Made by a program: the position numbers and the translations under genes. 64,000 bases of DNA. It comes from Girardia tigrina. Lineage: Eukaryota. The notes under the pieces were generated by a model. The model was not told where the DNA came from and did not search any database. It saw nothing but the letters and a program-made list of their open reading frames with translations. The stretch's first letter is position 1, and every line of letters starts with the position of its first letter. Shown here piece by piece: positions 1 through 14,500 of this stretch. Where the stretch lies: the NCBI GenBank assembly GCA_001938485.1, contig MQRK01202454.1:69184-133183 (forward strand), written 5' to 3'.

Positions 1-491
1 TTAACAGGAAAATTTGTTTTAGAAATGTGAATTGTTATATTAATAAATTTTTGTGGTGTTAAATCATGGCTCAAGAATATGATAATAATGAAAGTGGCAT
101 AAACGCTACTTACAGTTATAATTACATCAATGTTTTAAATTATTAACAAAAGTATCATTGTATGGATAGAATACAAATGATAATCGTAAAGAAACAACAG
201 ACTAAATACCTGAGTCTTGCGTTCTTGTATTCCGTCAATGATTGCTACTTTCATGAATAATAAGAAATACTACTATTATATAAATCCTTATGTAATTATC
301 TATTTTGGCCGTCCGAAATGGTCCATTTCTAAACGATGTCATAAAATTAATGACGCTTGTTACATCTGTTCTATAAGATACAATTGAAAATCGAATTTGA
401 ACTCCTGCGTTCAACTTAAAATTTACACACAAAACTTATCTCTTTACTAGTTTATTTAAAAAATTAATACCAAGTTTTATGTTTAATTCAG

Positions 492-574
492 CAATCTTTT
501 ACGTCCTGCTGGAGTTCAGCTGCGTCCAGCAACTTTTACCATGAGAGTTTATCGAGCTGAAGATCTTCCTAGAA
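492..574 (+). CDS. ferlin exon (FerI end / C2C start)
   Basis: ttcag|C AAT..: [27 protein letters not shown]; donor gttaga. Confidence 0.92.
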
Positions 575-3500
575 GTTAGATTTATTATTATAATGATTAT
601 AAAATGGAAAAAAAGTATATTTTACAATTCTTAAAATATTTTGATGAAGTAAATAAATAAAAATTTTAAAATTCAGCTTTTATACTTACAGTTTCATTCC
701 TGAGTAAACGTTTTTTATTTTATTTAATTAAGATCAAAAAATTTCATCCATTCTGTAATTTAATCTGTAACTAATTTATTATTAATTTTATTATTTATTC
801 ATTAAAGAGATTGTTTTAGAGAAAGTCGAGAGAAGTTCTTTCAGACTTCTTTATACGAAAAAGAATTTACGCAATTAAATATTTAAGCTGAATTTCATAA
901 ATGGAACATGATTTAATATATATTGACCACACATAGGATATTCTCGAAGAGCATTAAACCTTACTGAGTAGTGAAAGTCAAAAGATAAAGCCTAATGTTA
1001 AATATAAGTAGAAATGACATCAGTTATTGCTGGCGCATTTAATAAAGAAGAATTTAAGAGCTTTTCAAAAATATGCTCTCAAATTATTTCTTAAATATTT
1101 GAAATTTCATTCTTCATATAATGATGTAACTCAACGAAATTTGATTATTAAAATGGAATAAATTTTAAGAACTGAATTGATTTATTTATAGTTTTCAGAA
1201 CATCTTCCAAGTCGAAAAAACGTTTTATTGAAAACGTTTTATCCTATTTCTTAAATCAATTTTTTTTATTTATTTCATATTTAGTTTCAATGAAGAACCA
1301 AATGTACATCTTTAAATATTACTTCCATGTACAATACATAAAAGGTTTCTTTGAGATTAATTATTTAAGATGTAATTAATATTATAGAGTTAACATAGAA
1401 TTTCAAAATGTTGATAGTAAAGCTTTTTTTGATAGAAAAAATCAATTTATGGAAATAAACTTAATAAAATGACTTAATTAAATTTAAAACTACTTTTCTC
1501 AGAAGGATTTAAGGGATGTAAAGCTTTTTCAGGTATTAACTAATAATCTAAAAGCATTCGGTTTTCTTGGTGATTTATTAAAAATAAAGAATATTATTTG
1601 TTTTGAACAATTAATAATTAAATAATTAATAATTTTAGGAACTGTAATGAACCAAAACATTAAAGATTTTCATTGAAATTGTACATTTAAAAAAATATTC
1701 AAATTATGTTTATTGATTTAAATATTTTTGTTAATTAATATCAATTGATTACCCCTCATCTTCAGAATGAAGGAAAATTAAAGAGAAACTTACTCATAGA
1801 GTGAAATTATATATATATATATATATATATAGGGGTGGCCATAAGTCGCTTTACCCAGTTTTAATAATAATAAACACAAAATTCTAAATGATTTATAAAC
1901 AAAAACTAGACAAAATTGTTTGTTTTAATAATTATTCATTTAAAAATTTTAAAATTATTTCATTTTGTTCATTGTTGTTGGCAATATTGGCATAGCACGA
2001 CAATTAACACTTCAGCAACGAATTTTTATTGTAAAGCAGTGGATAAAGCATGATTGAAATTCAAGAGCTGTAGCTGCAGCATTTTCAAAAGAGTATCCTA
2101 ATGACGCTCCTCCATCACGACAATCAATGCATGTTTTGGGTAAAAAGTTTCACGAGACCGGCTCTGTAACCGACAAGAAAAGAAGTGGGCGCCCTAACAA
2201 TATGAATACCAATGAAAATAAAGAAAATGTTAGAACTTTCTATCAGAATGCGCCATCGACATCTGCAGTTCGTGCAAGTTTGCAGTTGGATATACCACGC
2301 ACAAGTTTACCTAGAATAATGAAGGACATTGAGTTGAAAGTTTGTTATCCAGAAGGAACGCGTTTACTCACAGAATGTTCTAACCATATCCGAGTTGAAG
2401 GAAAGAATTACTACAGCATTTGCAGCCTTGAACAACGATAAAGACTTGTGCCGACGAATCTGTCTCTCTGTTCAGAGAAGAATCCAGTTGTGTAATAAAT
2501 CTGAAGGACAACACTTTGAAGATAAGATTTAACTGTTTTCAAGTTTTTGTTTTGAAATTATTATTGTACGCTGATTAAATAAAAGTTGTATCATTTAGAA
2601 TTTTATGTTTATTATTATTAAAACTGGGTAAAGCGACTTATGGCCACCCCTATATATATATATATATATAATGCTTCTTATTCCAATTTTTTATTTATTT
2701 TATAAGTAGTCATCATTTTTTGTAAATAAAGAATAAATTTGTTTTTTAAAAGATATTTGGATGAATTCCATTTTTTTATTTAGTGGATTCTGACGTTTTA
2801 GAGGGCATTAAAAAAGTTTTTAGCAGCGATACTACGAAAAAAGAACTTGTGGATCCATATTTAGTTTTTCAATTTGCTGGAAAAGAGGTTATTATTAATT
2901 TTCATTTCACGTTTTTATATTTTAAAAAATATACACTATTTTAAATGAAGTAATAAATGCATTTAAGATAGTTATTAATTTTTTTAAGGAAAAAATAATT
3001 GTTTATTTTAGTTAATTCTCAGTTTCATTTACACATTAAATTTTAACTTTAAAAACGAAATAGATTTTTGTTTGTTCTAAAACAGAATTTTCTAGATGAT
3101 TCTTTTAGTTTTTACGGCAACAAAACGTACTTTTTTTAAATTTTTTTGAATTGGAAGTTATTTTATTTTTTTTACTGAATATTTCATTACATAAACCTTT
3201 ATCTATAATATTTTCTGTTGGATTAGATAAACCTTATCAAACGTTCCATTACCGAATCTACTCAAAATTTTTAATCATTAATTGAAAGGATTTACTTTTA
3301 TTTGAAAGGGCATTAATATTTTTATCACAAAATTCATCCTCGCAAAATCCGTGTAACCAAATAACATTTCCTCACAATTTTGGAGTTTGAGTCAAGTTTT
3401 CTTTTTTAATTTTCAAATTAAAAAACTCAAAAAAATTATTTTTTATTTCACTGGATTCAAAATACAATTCTCCTTTGTTTTTTACATTTTTAAATCAGTA

Positions 3501-6500
3501 AAACAAATAAACTTTCATTTTTGTAATAATTCATATCCTTTTTTATCAAAACAATGATTCCACACACATTTGTAAAACGTATACGCAATATTCACTGCAA
3601 ACACAATCGAAAAATATCGTAGAACTCTCACATAAAATTCCAATACAATCCGATTCCAATCTCTGTTACGATTGGCCAATTAACATTTTAGTTAGACTTT
3701 GCCTGATAACAATAATCACTTTCACTGAAAAATAATCACCAATATCAACTGAACAAGAGCGTTGCGCAACTGTTTTGTAATGCTTTTGCTCGTGGTGTTT
3801 CGCGGCTGAAATAATCAACTTCATAAAGCTACCAAGAGAGACTGTGTACCGAATCGCGGGAAAGTTTCGAGCGGATGAGGAGAAAGAAAATACTTGGTGA
3901 CGTCAGTATGTAGACACATGACCGATCAGAGTGTCTATAGCGCATAGTGATCTTCCTGGAGTAGTTACACCCGATAACCATACGTTCAGAAGGATTTAAC
4001 ATTGGAAGCATCTATTCGCTTCGAGTCGCCATAATCGACAACTGTTCAGTTATGTGTCGAGATCAACTGGTCCAGTTCTTTAATCCCTTACGTACACGGG
4101 TTGAGTCTGCATTTACAGCTTAGGGATCTTAGATCGAGTAGAGAGCAGCCCCGCACCCTGACACCTTTTATAGGGGGGGCAGTATTTCTCGTGTAATAAA
4201 TGAATACTTTTTGAAAACACATAGTCTGAATGTTTAAATTTCGAATGATCAAGGAAAACAAAATAGACCTTTTATCTGAACAGTATTTTACGGTATTATT
4301 GACTATATGAAACGATTTTCACACATTTTTCCGAAATAAAGACAAACATCAATTACAGTAGCTGTATATTTTATTATGTTTGCACGATGGACTATTGAAC
4401 ATAGAGAGTACAGACAATCAGACAGATTTACTATAACATGGTATGAGTGTAGTAGTATATAATTGAAACAATACCGCAATTACATACGGAAATAAGATAT
4501 TGTATGCATGAGATATTAATGTGACTCCAAATAACTGCAGTCGACGATTTTTCATTTCATTAAAACGTTGAAGAAAGTCATCAGATTTGATGTTATTAGG
4601 GATGTCACTATCAAACGAGAGAAATACATGGTTTGCTTTACGAGAATGGGTCATAGATGTATGAAAGGGAGTTAGAACACGAGATAAAGTACTAAAACTC
4701 GCCTCACATGTGGCAGTTGAAGCACCGAGTGTGATTGCCGAAGCTGCAAGACGATACACAGATGGAAATGCCTCTCGGTAAGAGTACAGTTCTTGCGCTA
4801 ACTGATGAATGTTTGTCACAGTGCTCATCCTCTTCTATAGGAATATCTTTGCAGTTTCAAACGCATGTTGGGTTTTGCTTAGGTCCACGCCACACAAATT
4901 CGCTAATGTCTTTAGCTCTTCAATATTTAAAAATTTTCGGTGATTAGTCTTTAAACATGCAAGAGACTTGTAAAGGTTTCTGTTACATATACTGAAGCGC
5001 TTTGTTAATTCCAGGAGAATCCTGTCAACGATTTCGTAATACATCTCTCGACATGCGCATCTGATAGACAAGTCCTGGTGTTCTGGCAGTCCCACAGATC
5101 CAAACAAAATGAAATTCTTCAACTGTGAGTTCATTTTAGTTCATCTTCTTTTCAGTCTCGGTTCCATATCAATATTACCTTCAAATTTCTCAAAAAGAAC
5201 TTGGAATTTCTCTTCTTTACAGAGGCTGCGAATGCACTCTATGACGGCATCCATAACATCACATGCAGATGAAAGATCCATTGCTTGACCCTGCAAGCTA
5301 TTGTTGGCTGGTTCGAGGATGGTCAGCAACAAGAGAACCATGCGTGCAATGAACTGAAACTCTACTTCATTGACTCGATGCAAGAGACCAGTAGCTTGCA
5401 AATGAATATCAATGGAAAAGCGAGAATCTCCATTAGAGCAGAGCTCTTGTAAATTCACAACTGTATCATAATTTGTTGTTATTGCTTGTGTAGTCTGCAG
5501 GTGTCCTGCCCAACGATTTTCCATGAACCACTTTAATTTATCGCCTTGATACATGGTCGAAACATTAGACTTTGAGAAAAATGTATTTAAGTTTCTGCAT
5601 ATGTCGAAGTAGTCCTGCAGTTTTTTGCACTCAGAAATAGCACATACAACAGCCAAATGCAATTTGTGGTTGAAACAATGGACTTAGGGAATTTCTTTTT
5701 GTAGACGATCCTGAAGAAAGGCTTGCACCCCACCATGCTGTCCAGAAATAACGGCGGCTCTATCATAGCATTGGGAAATTATATTTTTAGATCCAATTGT
5801 GCCTCTTTTAAAGTTGTCAAAATTACATCTGCGAAAGCCTCACCATTGAGAGCAATTTTTCGAGAAATTCAGATTAAGTGCTCTTGAGGTTGTCCGGCTG
5901 AGACAAATCTTATGGCAATCGACACATTCTCAGTCGCTGTTTGATCTTTGGTACCATCCACCTTCAGTGTAAAATATTCTACATCTGCAGAATTGCACTT
6001 CTCTACAATTGACTCTTGTACCATTGATGCCATTAACGCAATAATTTCATTTTCAATTCTAGGTGATGTGTACGTGTCAATTGTTGAAAATGTTTTAATG
6101 ATTCGAGCTAGATCATGATTTTTCTTAACAGTGTATTCGAAGAGACGTAAAAAGAGACCACTTGAAAGTTTCTCATCCTCATCAATGTCATTTCTACTGA
6201 AACTGTCACCACGAAAGGCTAATTCATTTGTCACAAGGAACTTCACGATTGCGTCGACATAATAGCGGTTGTTCTTGAGTTGTGTTTCATTAATCAAAGT
6301 GCAAACTTCCTCTCTTCTTTCACATTGCAGCTGCCTCTCCTTCCATTGTTCCATGGCATGGATATGGTCAACAGAAGATTCATGCTTTTGAAAACCTTTT
6401 TTATTTTCTAAACCCGATTTCCAATTTCGGAATCCACCTGTTCTGAAAACACTTTCTCCAGAGGAGCCGGGCAATAAGAATTTTCGACAGCAAACGCAGA

Positions 6501-9500
6501 AGACTGCATCTTTCTCAATAGAGTACTGAAAATATGGTCTTCCGCTATACCACGCAGAAGAAAATGAGCATTCCCTTGAATGAAATGGAGTCTTTGGGAA
6601 ATTTACAGCAGTTGGCTGGCGCGGCATGTCGTTCCCCAAATCAAATTTAGTAGATGCCATTAGCTGAGCAGGTACACAAGCAAATGAAGACATCAATCCA
6701 TTGTCAGGGATGTATGAAGTAGCAGGAATAAATGAAGTAGTAGCGCAGATTGATGACATGTAGTAGCAGGGATAGTATTACTAGGTGTAGTGACTGAAGT
6801 CACAGAATTATTCGGAATGACTTTGAAGAAATTCATGATGCTCTTGTATGTCGACATGTTGTATTACAATCAAAATAATGTCACAAGGTAGGACCAATTA
6901 CAATGACACTATGCACTGCATGGTATGCAGTAAGAGTAAGCTCAGAATAATGACAGATATGGACAGCAAATATGTGTTTGTGTGTGTTTGTTTGGATGTA
7001 GATGATTCCCTCATACCACGTCAATCCATGTGTGCACACTTTCCTTCTCTCTCACCCACGCTATCTACGCTACTCTCTGTCACCCTTTATGTCAGTTTTT
7101 CAGTTGTTCTGTATACATTTTGCCTACTACTAGAGTATATATATGGTATATGAATAAATATGACGCCCTATTTCTTTTTGATTTGTATTTTTTACTTGGG
7201 GGCCAGACTTGCGTTTGGGGGGGCGGGCCCTCTTTGGCCCCCCGACGGTATGGGCCTGGTAGAAAGAATTGTTTATCATGTTTTTAAAATATGTATTAAC
7301 TGCTCGTAAAGTATGAATAATTATAGTATATGTTTTTATGAAGTGTGCAAGAAACCTAATTTTTAAATTTATTGTAAATTTAGTCTCAATTTAAACGGGA
7401 CACTCTGTTGAGAAAACCTAAATTAATAATCTTTTACTATTTTATTTTATTTTTTACTGATCAAACAATTTCTTATTTAGATTAAAACTTCTGTAAAGTA
7501 CAACAGTGACCATCCAGAATGGAATGAAGAATTGAAAATAGGCCTACAGGTATTACAATGATTTATCTTATTTAAGAATTTTCGATATGTAGGAATGCAA
7601 AATATTTTGGATAGGAAATATTTAATTTTTTATTATAGTCAAATCTTAAAAAATAAAAATTTTAGAGTTCCTTTTAGAGTTAATTTTAGAGTTAAGCAAA
7701 GTGATTCCCGATTCACTTTGCTTAACACTCGAAGCTGATTCATTGTTATTTTCCATCATTTAATCCCAGTAAGAGTTTCGCGGCAGGTCTGATTGTCTTG
7801 GTCGAATATCTGCTATATGCAATGAACCGCAAAAACCATCACAATTTATTAAGTACTTTTTTTGATCAAATTTCCTAAAGACAACGCCTCTGGTACATTG
7901 CTTTGTACATGGCATATTATTTTCAGGCTTTACCCAGACTAAGTGTTGCTCTACGAAGTCTGTCTTTACCTTATTGTAAACCGGCTCTTTTTCAATTCTT
8001 TCTATTATCTCCAAACCGATTGGAACGTACTTGTAAAGTGCTGAACTAGGTGTCTCCTTTCCGTCGGACGGTGTATTGTTATACCACCATAAGGCTTCCA
8101 TGATACTGATATTCGATCTAGACGCGATTTTCTTGATTGTCTTATGATTTCTCTCTATTATTCGGTTGCAATTTGGTTGATTAATAGCGCGGTATTAGAC
8201 ATGTACATTCCACTTTTCCCTCAACTTGCTGAATTCGGCTGAATTAAATCTCATTTAATTGTCAATAATCAACTCCTTGTGAGATCCACTCTCGTGGAAC
8301 AAATATGGAAACTCTGCAACAATCGACTTGACGTCCTCAGCCTTGATTAGTTTCCATACTGCAAATTGAGAGGGTTCAAAATCAATGATACTTAATAATT
8401 TTTGTTCATCTAATTTTGTGGCATCCGCTGCAAGTCTTGTCTAGTTTTCATTGACAGCAAATTTACCAGTTTCCCATTTTATTGGCGCCGGATCAATAGA
8501 TTAGCAACTTTGACACTTCGAGATCAAATCCTTTATATTCGCATTTGACACACTTATTTCCAAGTATCACACAGATATCGTATTTTCTTTGCACCTAAAT
8601 GACATCTGTGATGAAGTTTTTGTAGTTTGAATAGGTTATCTGTTAAAAACAAAAGGCAACTGCTTCGTTTTAATTGTTTTGGTATTCTTGTCAGTTCATC
8701 AGCCTTGTTGTCTTCACTATTAACCAACGCAATTTTCAATATTATTACGTATTCCTGACATAACTCCTTAATCATTGACAATCTGCGCTTTATCAAAAGG
8801 CTCAAAAGGGGTTTTCGTGTGTAATTTATTTCGCTCTGATAGTACCTCAGTTATCCAAGAAACAACTGATTTGTTATCTGATTTTACTACAACATTCGTT
8901 AGTTCCAATTAATACACAAATTTAGACCTTTCACAACTGATTCTACTTCTGCAACGTTTATGTGCCTAGAATCTTCAGTTTTCCTTAACTACGATGCGTC
9001 TTCTATAATATTTCCTTTAACTTCCAATGCTGCCCCAATGGCTATCGAACTGATACCACACCATATGATGTCGTCCTTACAATTATAATTACTCCATATT
9101 CCTCTACAAGAATCTTCCTCCTTAACTTTTTTCAAAACAAATTTGATTTTCTCAAATAATTTGACATCTATTTTCTCATCCCATTTTTATTCACTGAGCC
9201 TTTTCATGTAGGAACATGATGGACATATTCAACCAGTAACAGGGTGGATTCCTATTAATTAGTCACACAACGAATTTAACTTGCGACGCGATATTGATTC
9301 GGCAACTATCTCGTCCTTGAAATGATTATCTCTTATCCATCTCACCGAATTCTTATCTTTAAAGACTAACTCACAACACTCACACTTCTTTATCCATTGA
9401 GAGATTTTCTGGTTTTTTGCATTTAAGACTAAATTTCTCGAACAACATTCTAACTTCGTCAACGTAAATGTCATCGATATACGAGTCAGTGTTTTCACGT

Positions 9501-11531
9501 ACTCTTGGATCAGAATTTAAAATCCACTTGACAATTTCAGTCATAATGGTCGGAGCAATACTAATACCATCATGATTAGAGCGTATGTTTTGTGCCATTA
9601 ATGATACTGATTGATAACGCCATATTTCCTTGTGAACACGGATCTGCATGTACGCCTCTGATAAATCAAGCATGGAAAATCGTGATCCTTTTCGCCGCCA
9701 GGTACGAAGTTTTTCCAAACATATATTTATTATTAATTATCCTTAAATTCAAGCTCATAATTGTGTTTGTTCAGGCTAACACTTGGCAAAACACCCGTGA
9801 CACAACTCAGATTGTCACTAGCCTTCATTATTCCTTCTCCTACACACACACCAAATTCGATAACACCCTTATTAATTTTCACACCCCAAGTTCACTTATA
9901 ACATCCATATTAACAACATCAATATGAGGTTTACAACATTTATTAATATTACAAGCACATTCACTATTTGACATCTCTCTTGGTCAATTTTTTCTGAGTT
10001 CAAACTAATTATTTTCAATAAATGAAAATCTGTTAATAAAAATTATTAAATTATAAAGAATCTAATTGGTTAAAATTAAATTACATTAAAAAAAAATAAA
10101 TAATACATTCAAAAATTATTTTAAATCTTTTTACTTTAAAATTAAATTAAATTATTTTTAATTAGTAAGAATCAAAGAAAATATCAATCATCCATCTGTG
10201 TAGGAGAGGCACAATCCGAATCAACATTTTACATGCACAAATATCAATACACAATTCAAAACATTCCTCACNNNNNNNNNNNNNNNNNNNNNNNNNNNNN
10301 NNNNNNNNNNNNNNNNNNNNNTAAATAATACATTCAAAAATTATTTTAAATCTTTTTACTTTAAAATTAAATTAAATTATTTTTAATTAGTAAGAATCAA
10401 AGAAAATATCAATCATCCATCTGTGTAGGAGAGGCACATTTCGAATCAACATTTTACATGCACAAATATCAATACACAATTCAAAACATTCCTCACAATC
10501 CATACCAATTAAAATTCCCAAATCATAGGGTAAGTATTTCATGACTGAACATTCTACTTTCATAGTTCTATTTTCTATAGTCCATTCCACATCACTAATC
10601 CCCACACATATATCATCGCTATTAGCCAAAACAATTCGTTACTAATACGACTGTAATGAGCTTCCCTTGATCAACCCTTTCAAAACAACAGTTTTTGAGC
10701 AACCCGAATCTATCAACGCTGTAACTGACTTGTTGTTAACAATGACAGTCATGGTTGGCAGCGCTGGAAATGTCAGAAGAAGAGAGCCGGCACCTACAAA
10801 CTCCGCTATCCGTTTCCCGACTTGCAATATTTTGCTATATACCCAAGTTGCTTACATTTATAGCAAATTATTTGTCTATTAGATTGCCACTGAGAATTTT
10901 CATTACTGAGAATTTTCATTTAATATTCATTTTCTTATCTTGTGCTTATTCATAGTTTGCCATAGCGCTTCGTGCCACATCCTGTCAAAAGCTTTTTAAT
11001 TTATTACTTTTATGATAAAAAATTTATAAAAACAATTTACAAATAAATTTTATAATTATAAAGCAAATTTTAAAAATTAAACTGAAAGAAAAAAAATAAT
11101 AAACGGAATTTGGGCAAAATGATTAAATTAATGAGAAATTTGTTTATATGTGTGTATTATTTTCAGTAATAAACGTTTGTGTTGAATGTGAATTGTGAAT
11201 TTGCTGATAATGAAAGTGGCAAAAACGGTATTCACGTTTTCAATAAAAGAAATTATTATTACTTTATTGATTACTAAAAGTTCTATTAATTATATTTTCA
11301 TTACATTAATGTGAAATTGAAAAAAAATAATGTTTTTTTTTCTTTGAAATAAAAAAATAGTTTTGTATTCTTAGAATGAGAATTGAAAAGTAAAATCATT
11401 TGATCGATTCTTATAAATATTTATAGACTAAATAAAAAAAGTAACAAAATCTTATATATTTTCAGTTTCCGTCAATGTGTGAAAGAATAAAATTACAGAT
11501 GTTTGATTGGTTAGTAATTTTTATTTTATAG

Positions 11532-11584
<53 letters not shown>

Positions 11585-14500
11585 ATTATTATTATTAATA
11601 TTAATAATAGTAATAAAATATTATTGATAATAGTGACATAATCCAGCAATCTGATATTGAAATTATCTTGTGATCTTTTAGACAAGTTCAAATTTGGAGT
11701 CTCGTAACCTTTTCCTAAAACTAAAATAACGACTTTTTTTATAATTTTTAAGAAACTTATCATCCATCACAATTATTTCAAACAATAAATTTTAAAATTT
11801 TACATTCATGACCATCCTAAATTAATAATGCTTCATAAATCTTCATCGAGATAATAATTAATCTGGAAAGATTGAAAGAAATTATGAATAGGAAATGCAT
11901 TTGCTCGAATTAGGAATTTTGCTAATACTGAATATTGTTAAACTGGATAGTCACAAGTGCGAAAAGGAGATAAAACAGATGGCGAAAAGAGGCTGTCTTC
12001 TCGAACACAAAGCAACGCAACATTAATTGTAATGGGTTTAGAAAAATCCGATAGGCTTATTTGAAATTGTAGAGATTGAGTAGAATCACGCTGCACTGGA
12101 ATTACTTTCGTGTTCACTGAAGCTGAATTTTATATTACATTTCTCCTCGAAATATATCTCGTATTTCACGGAAATGATCTTTATTTGAAGATTGCCAATC
12201 TGAGGTATAAAAAAAGCTATCTTAATTTTTAAAAAATGATGTGTTAGTTATCTTAAAAATTATAATTTTATTCAATTGTAAAAACATTTGAACTTTATTT
12301 TTCAATATCAAGGTTTTTAAATTAAGCCTCTATTTTTTTTAAAAAAAAATTATATCTTTTGCGATTTTAAAAAGCCTTGCAGATAACAACTTAGAAATGT
12401 TTATTTAAGTAAATTTCAATTGTTTATTTTAAAAATTATATTTATAAAACTTTAATCTTTTAAAAAAATTTTAAATTAAACTTTTTTTAAACTTAAACTT
12501 TAATTTGAAACCTTCTGCTTTTGAACTTTAAATATATATTGAACAAAAACTTTATATGAAAGATTTTTTAATTTAATAAAGTTTACTTTTTAACTCAATG
12601 TAGTTTTCTTACAATATGCTACCTAGTATTATAACTTTCGAATAATTAAAATCTTAATTTTTCAGTGTGTTAAAATTAACTAAATTCTCATTTTATATTA
12701 ACAAATAAAAATAAAATAAAATATTAATTAGTTAAAATTGAAAATTACTAGAAAAACAACTTATAAGTCCATGTGTTGATTTACAGCTTAGAATATATAT
12801 TCCTTTTCCGCTATATCGTGCTTCATATATCGCGACCTCGGTTTCGCAGATTGTTCAATAATATTCATCAAAAATTCAAAATTGAGGGTATTAAGAAAAT
12901 TTAGACAAGTCTCATTTGAATTTTTATTGCAATGACATTTAGAGTCATTACAACTCTCAGAAGGTATTTCATCGTTTGCCATCGTTTTAATTGGTTTTCT
13001 TATTTCTATTTGTAATCATTTTTCTAAGTTATTTTTTAAAATATTTAACCTCTAAAAAATATTAATTAAAAATAATAATTTTTACCATTTTTCAATAAAT
13101 CCCAAAATAATAAAAATGTCATCAAATTATTAAAAATGCATTTAATTTAAATTTTACTAAAAAATATTAAACTTAATTTTAATTGTGAAATTAAAAATAT
13201 GAACTTATCAAATGATTATTTTAATTATATTCGAATAATCAATCCTTTAGATTTAATAAAAAAATACCAATTTCCATCTGGGTGGGAGAATCACCATTCT
13301 AAATTCAACATATTTAAATCAACATACAGCATCCATACATTTACACATTCAAATAATTTAAAATATTCCTCACAGAGGGATTGTGACCCGAAGATTACCA
13401 GCACGCAAGCAGAAAGCATATAAAACCCACTTCTCTCAAATTATTTTTTCAGAATCCCACAGATTAGCCTAGGTATTTTGCCTACCTTCTCTTTCATACT
13501 TAGTAAATATAAATGTGTACATTCAAATCATCAAAACCATAATAACTGTACCCTTATAGATATTATAATGCAAAAATGTACTCATGTAAAATGAACTCTA
13601 CTTAACAAGTTTCTCCTTATCGAGGCCGACGCTGGTCTTCATTATCCATGATAACTGAGGAATGGTTGTATTACAGTATTGTAATTTCATAAAAAAAATT
13701 AATTAAATTATAAATTTATTAAAAATTTTAATTATTTAAGTGTATGTTTGTAAGAATTATAAGGATCATAAATTCCATTATCCTCAATATCAATGTCAAC
13801 TATTCAGGGATCGAATGACGGAGGATGATATTATTGGAACAGCTATAATTGACTTATCCCACATTGCTGCCCAAGGAGATAATGGTAGTTAAATAATAGC
13901 AATAATGGTTAGGGTTTGGGTTACGGTTAGAATTGGTTTTATTTGCGTTCCTATTACATTTTATTTTACCGACTAATATTTCTATTTTTTTATAGAATTT
14001 CAAGGTTTGCTCATGTTTGAGTTTTTTTGGGTTATTGTTTTATGCGAAGAAAATCAATTATTCTGAATAATTTATGTTTTTTATATGATATTTTTTAATA
14101 AATTCATTTTTTCATTCTTCAATGAGTTTTCAAGGTATAAATTACATATAATTCAAGAAACGAAAAGACAAACAAGCTATTATTTTTTATTATCAAGGAA
14201 TTTAAAAACTAATGGCAGTTTATAATAGCAGTTTATTTATAACCATTATAAATATTGAACGCAATTTTTCACAATTTATTGAAAATAATTTCCTTGAATT
14301 ACTCGGTATATATTTGTTATTAGAAAACGAAATTGTTAATTACAGGGTGGCCCAATGGGTACGCAGCCTCTAATTTTTGCATATTCTAAATCTACTCGTC
14401 AAGACGAGTATTTTGATATATAACATGTGAGGTGTAAAAATTCCAGAACTTGACCNNNNNNNNNNNNNNNNNNNNNNNNNNNNNNNNNNNNNNNNNNNNN

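Noticed and set aside
11521-11763. ORFs with IYIYIY runs (also 22668-22905 and 46987-47403)
   Set aside because: Translations of (TA)n microsatellites and N gaps.
12788-12982. 64-aa [14 protein letters not shown]...
   Set aside because: It crosses the junction of a solo-LTR-like insertion, and the homologous copy at 57.7 kb has stops.
13905-13932. Telomere-like GGTTAGGGTTTGGGTTACGGTTAG (also CCCTAACCCTAACCC at about 54695)
   Set aside because: Only 2-4 degenerate units; common in TE subterminal regions and not a telomere.
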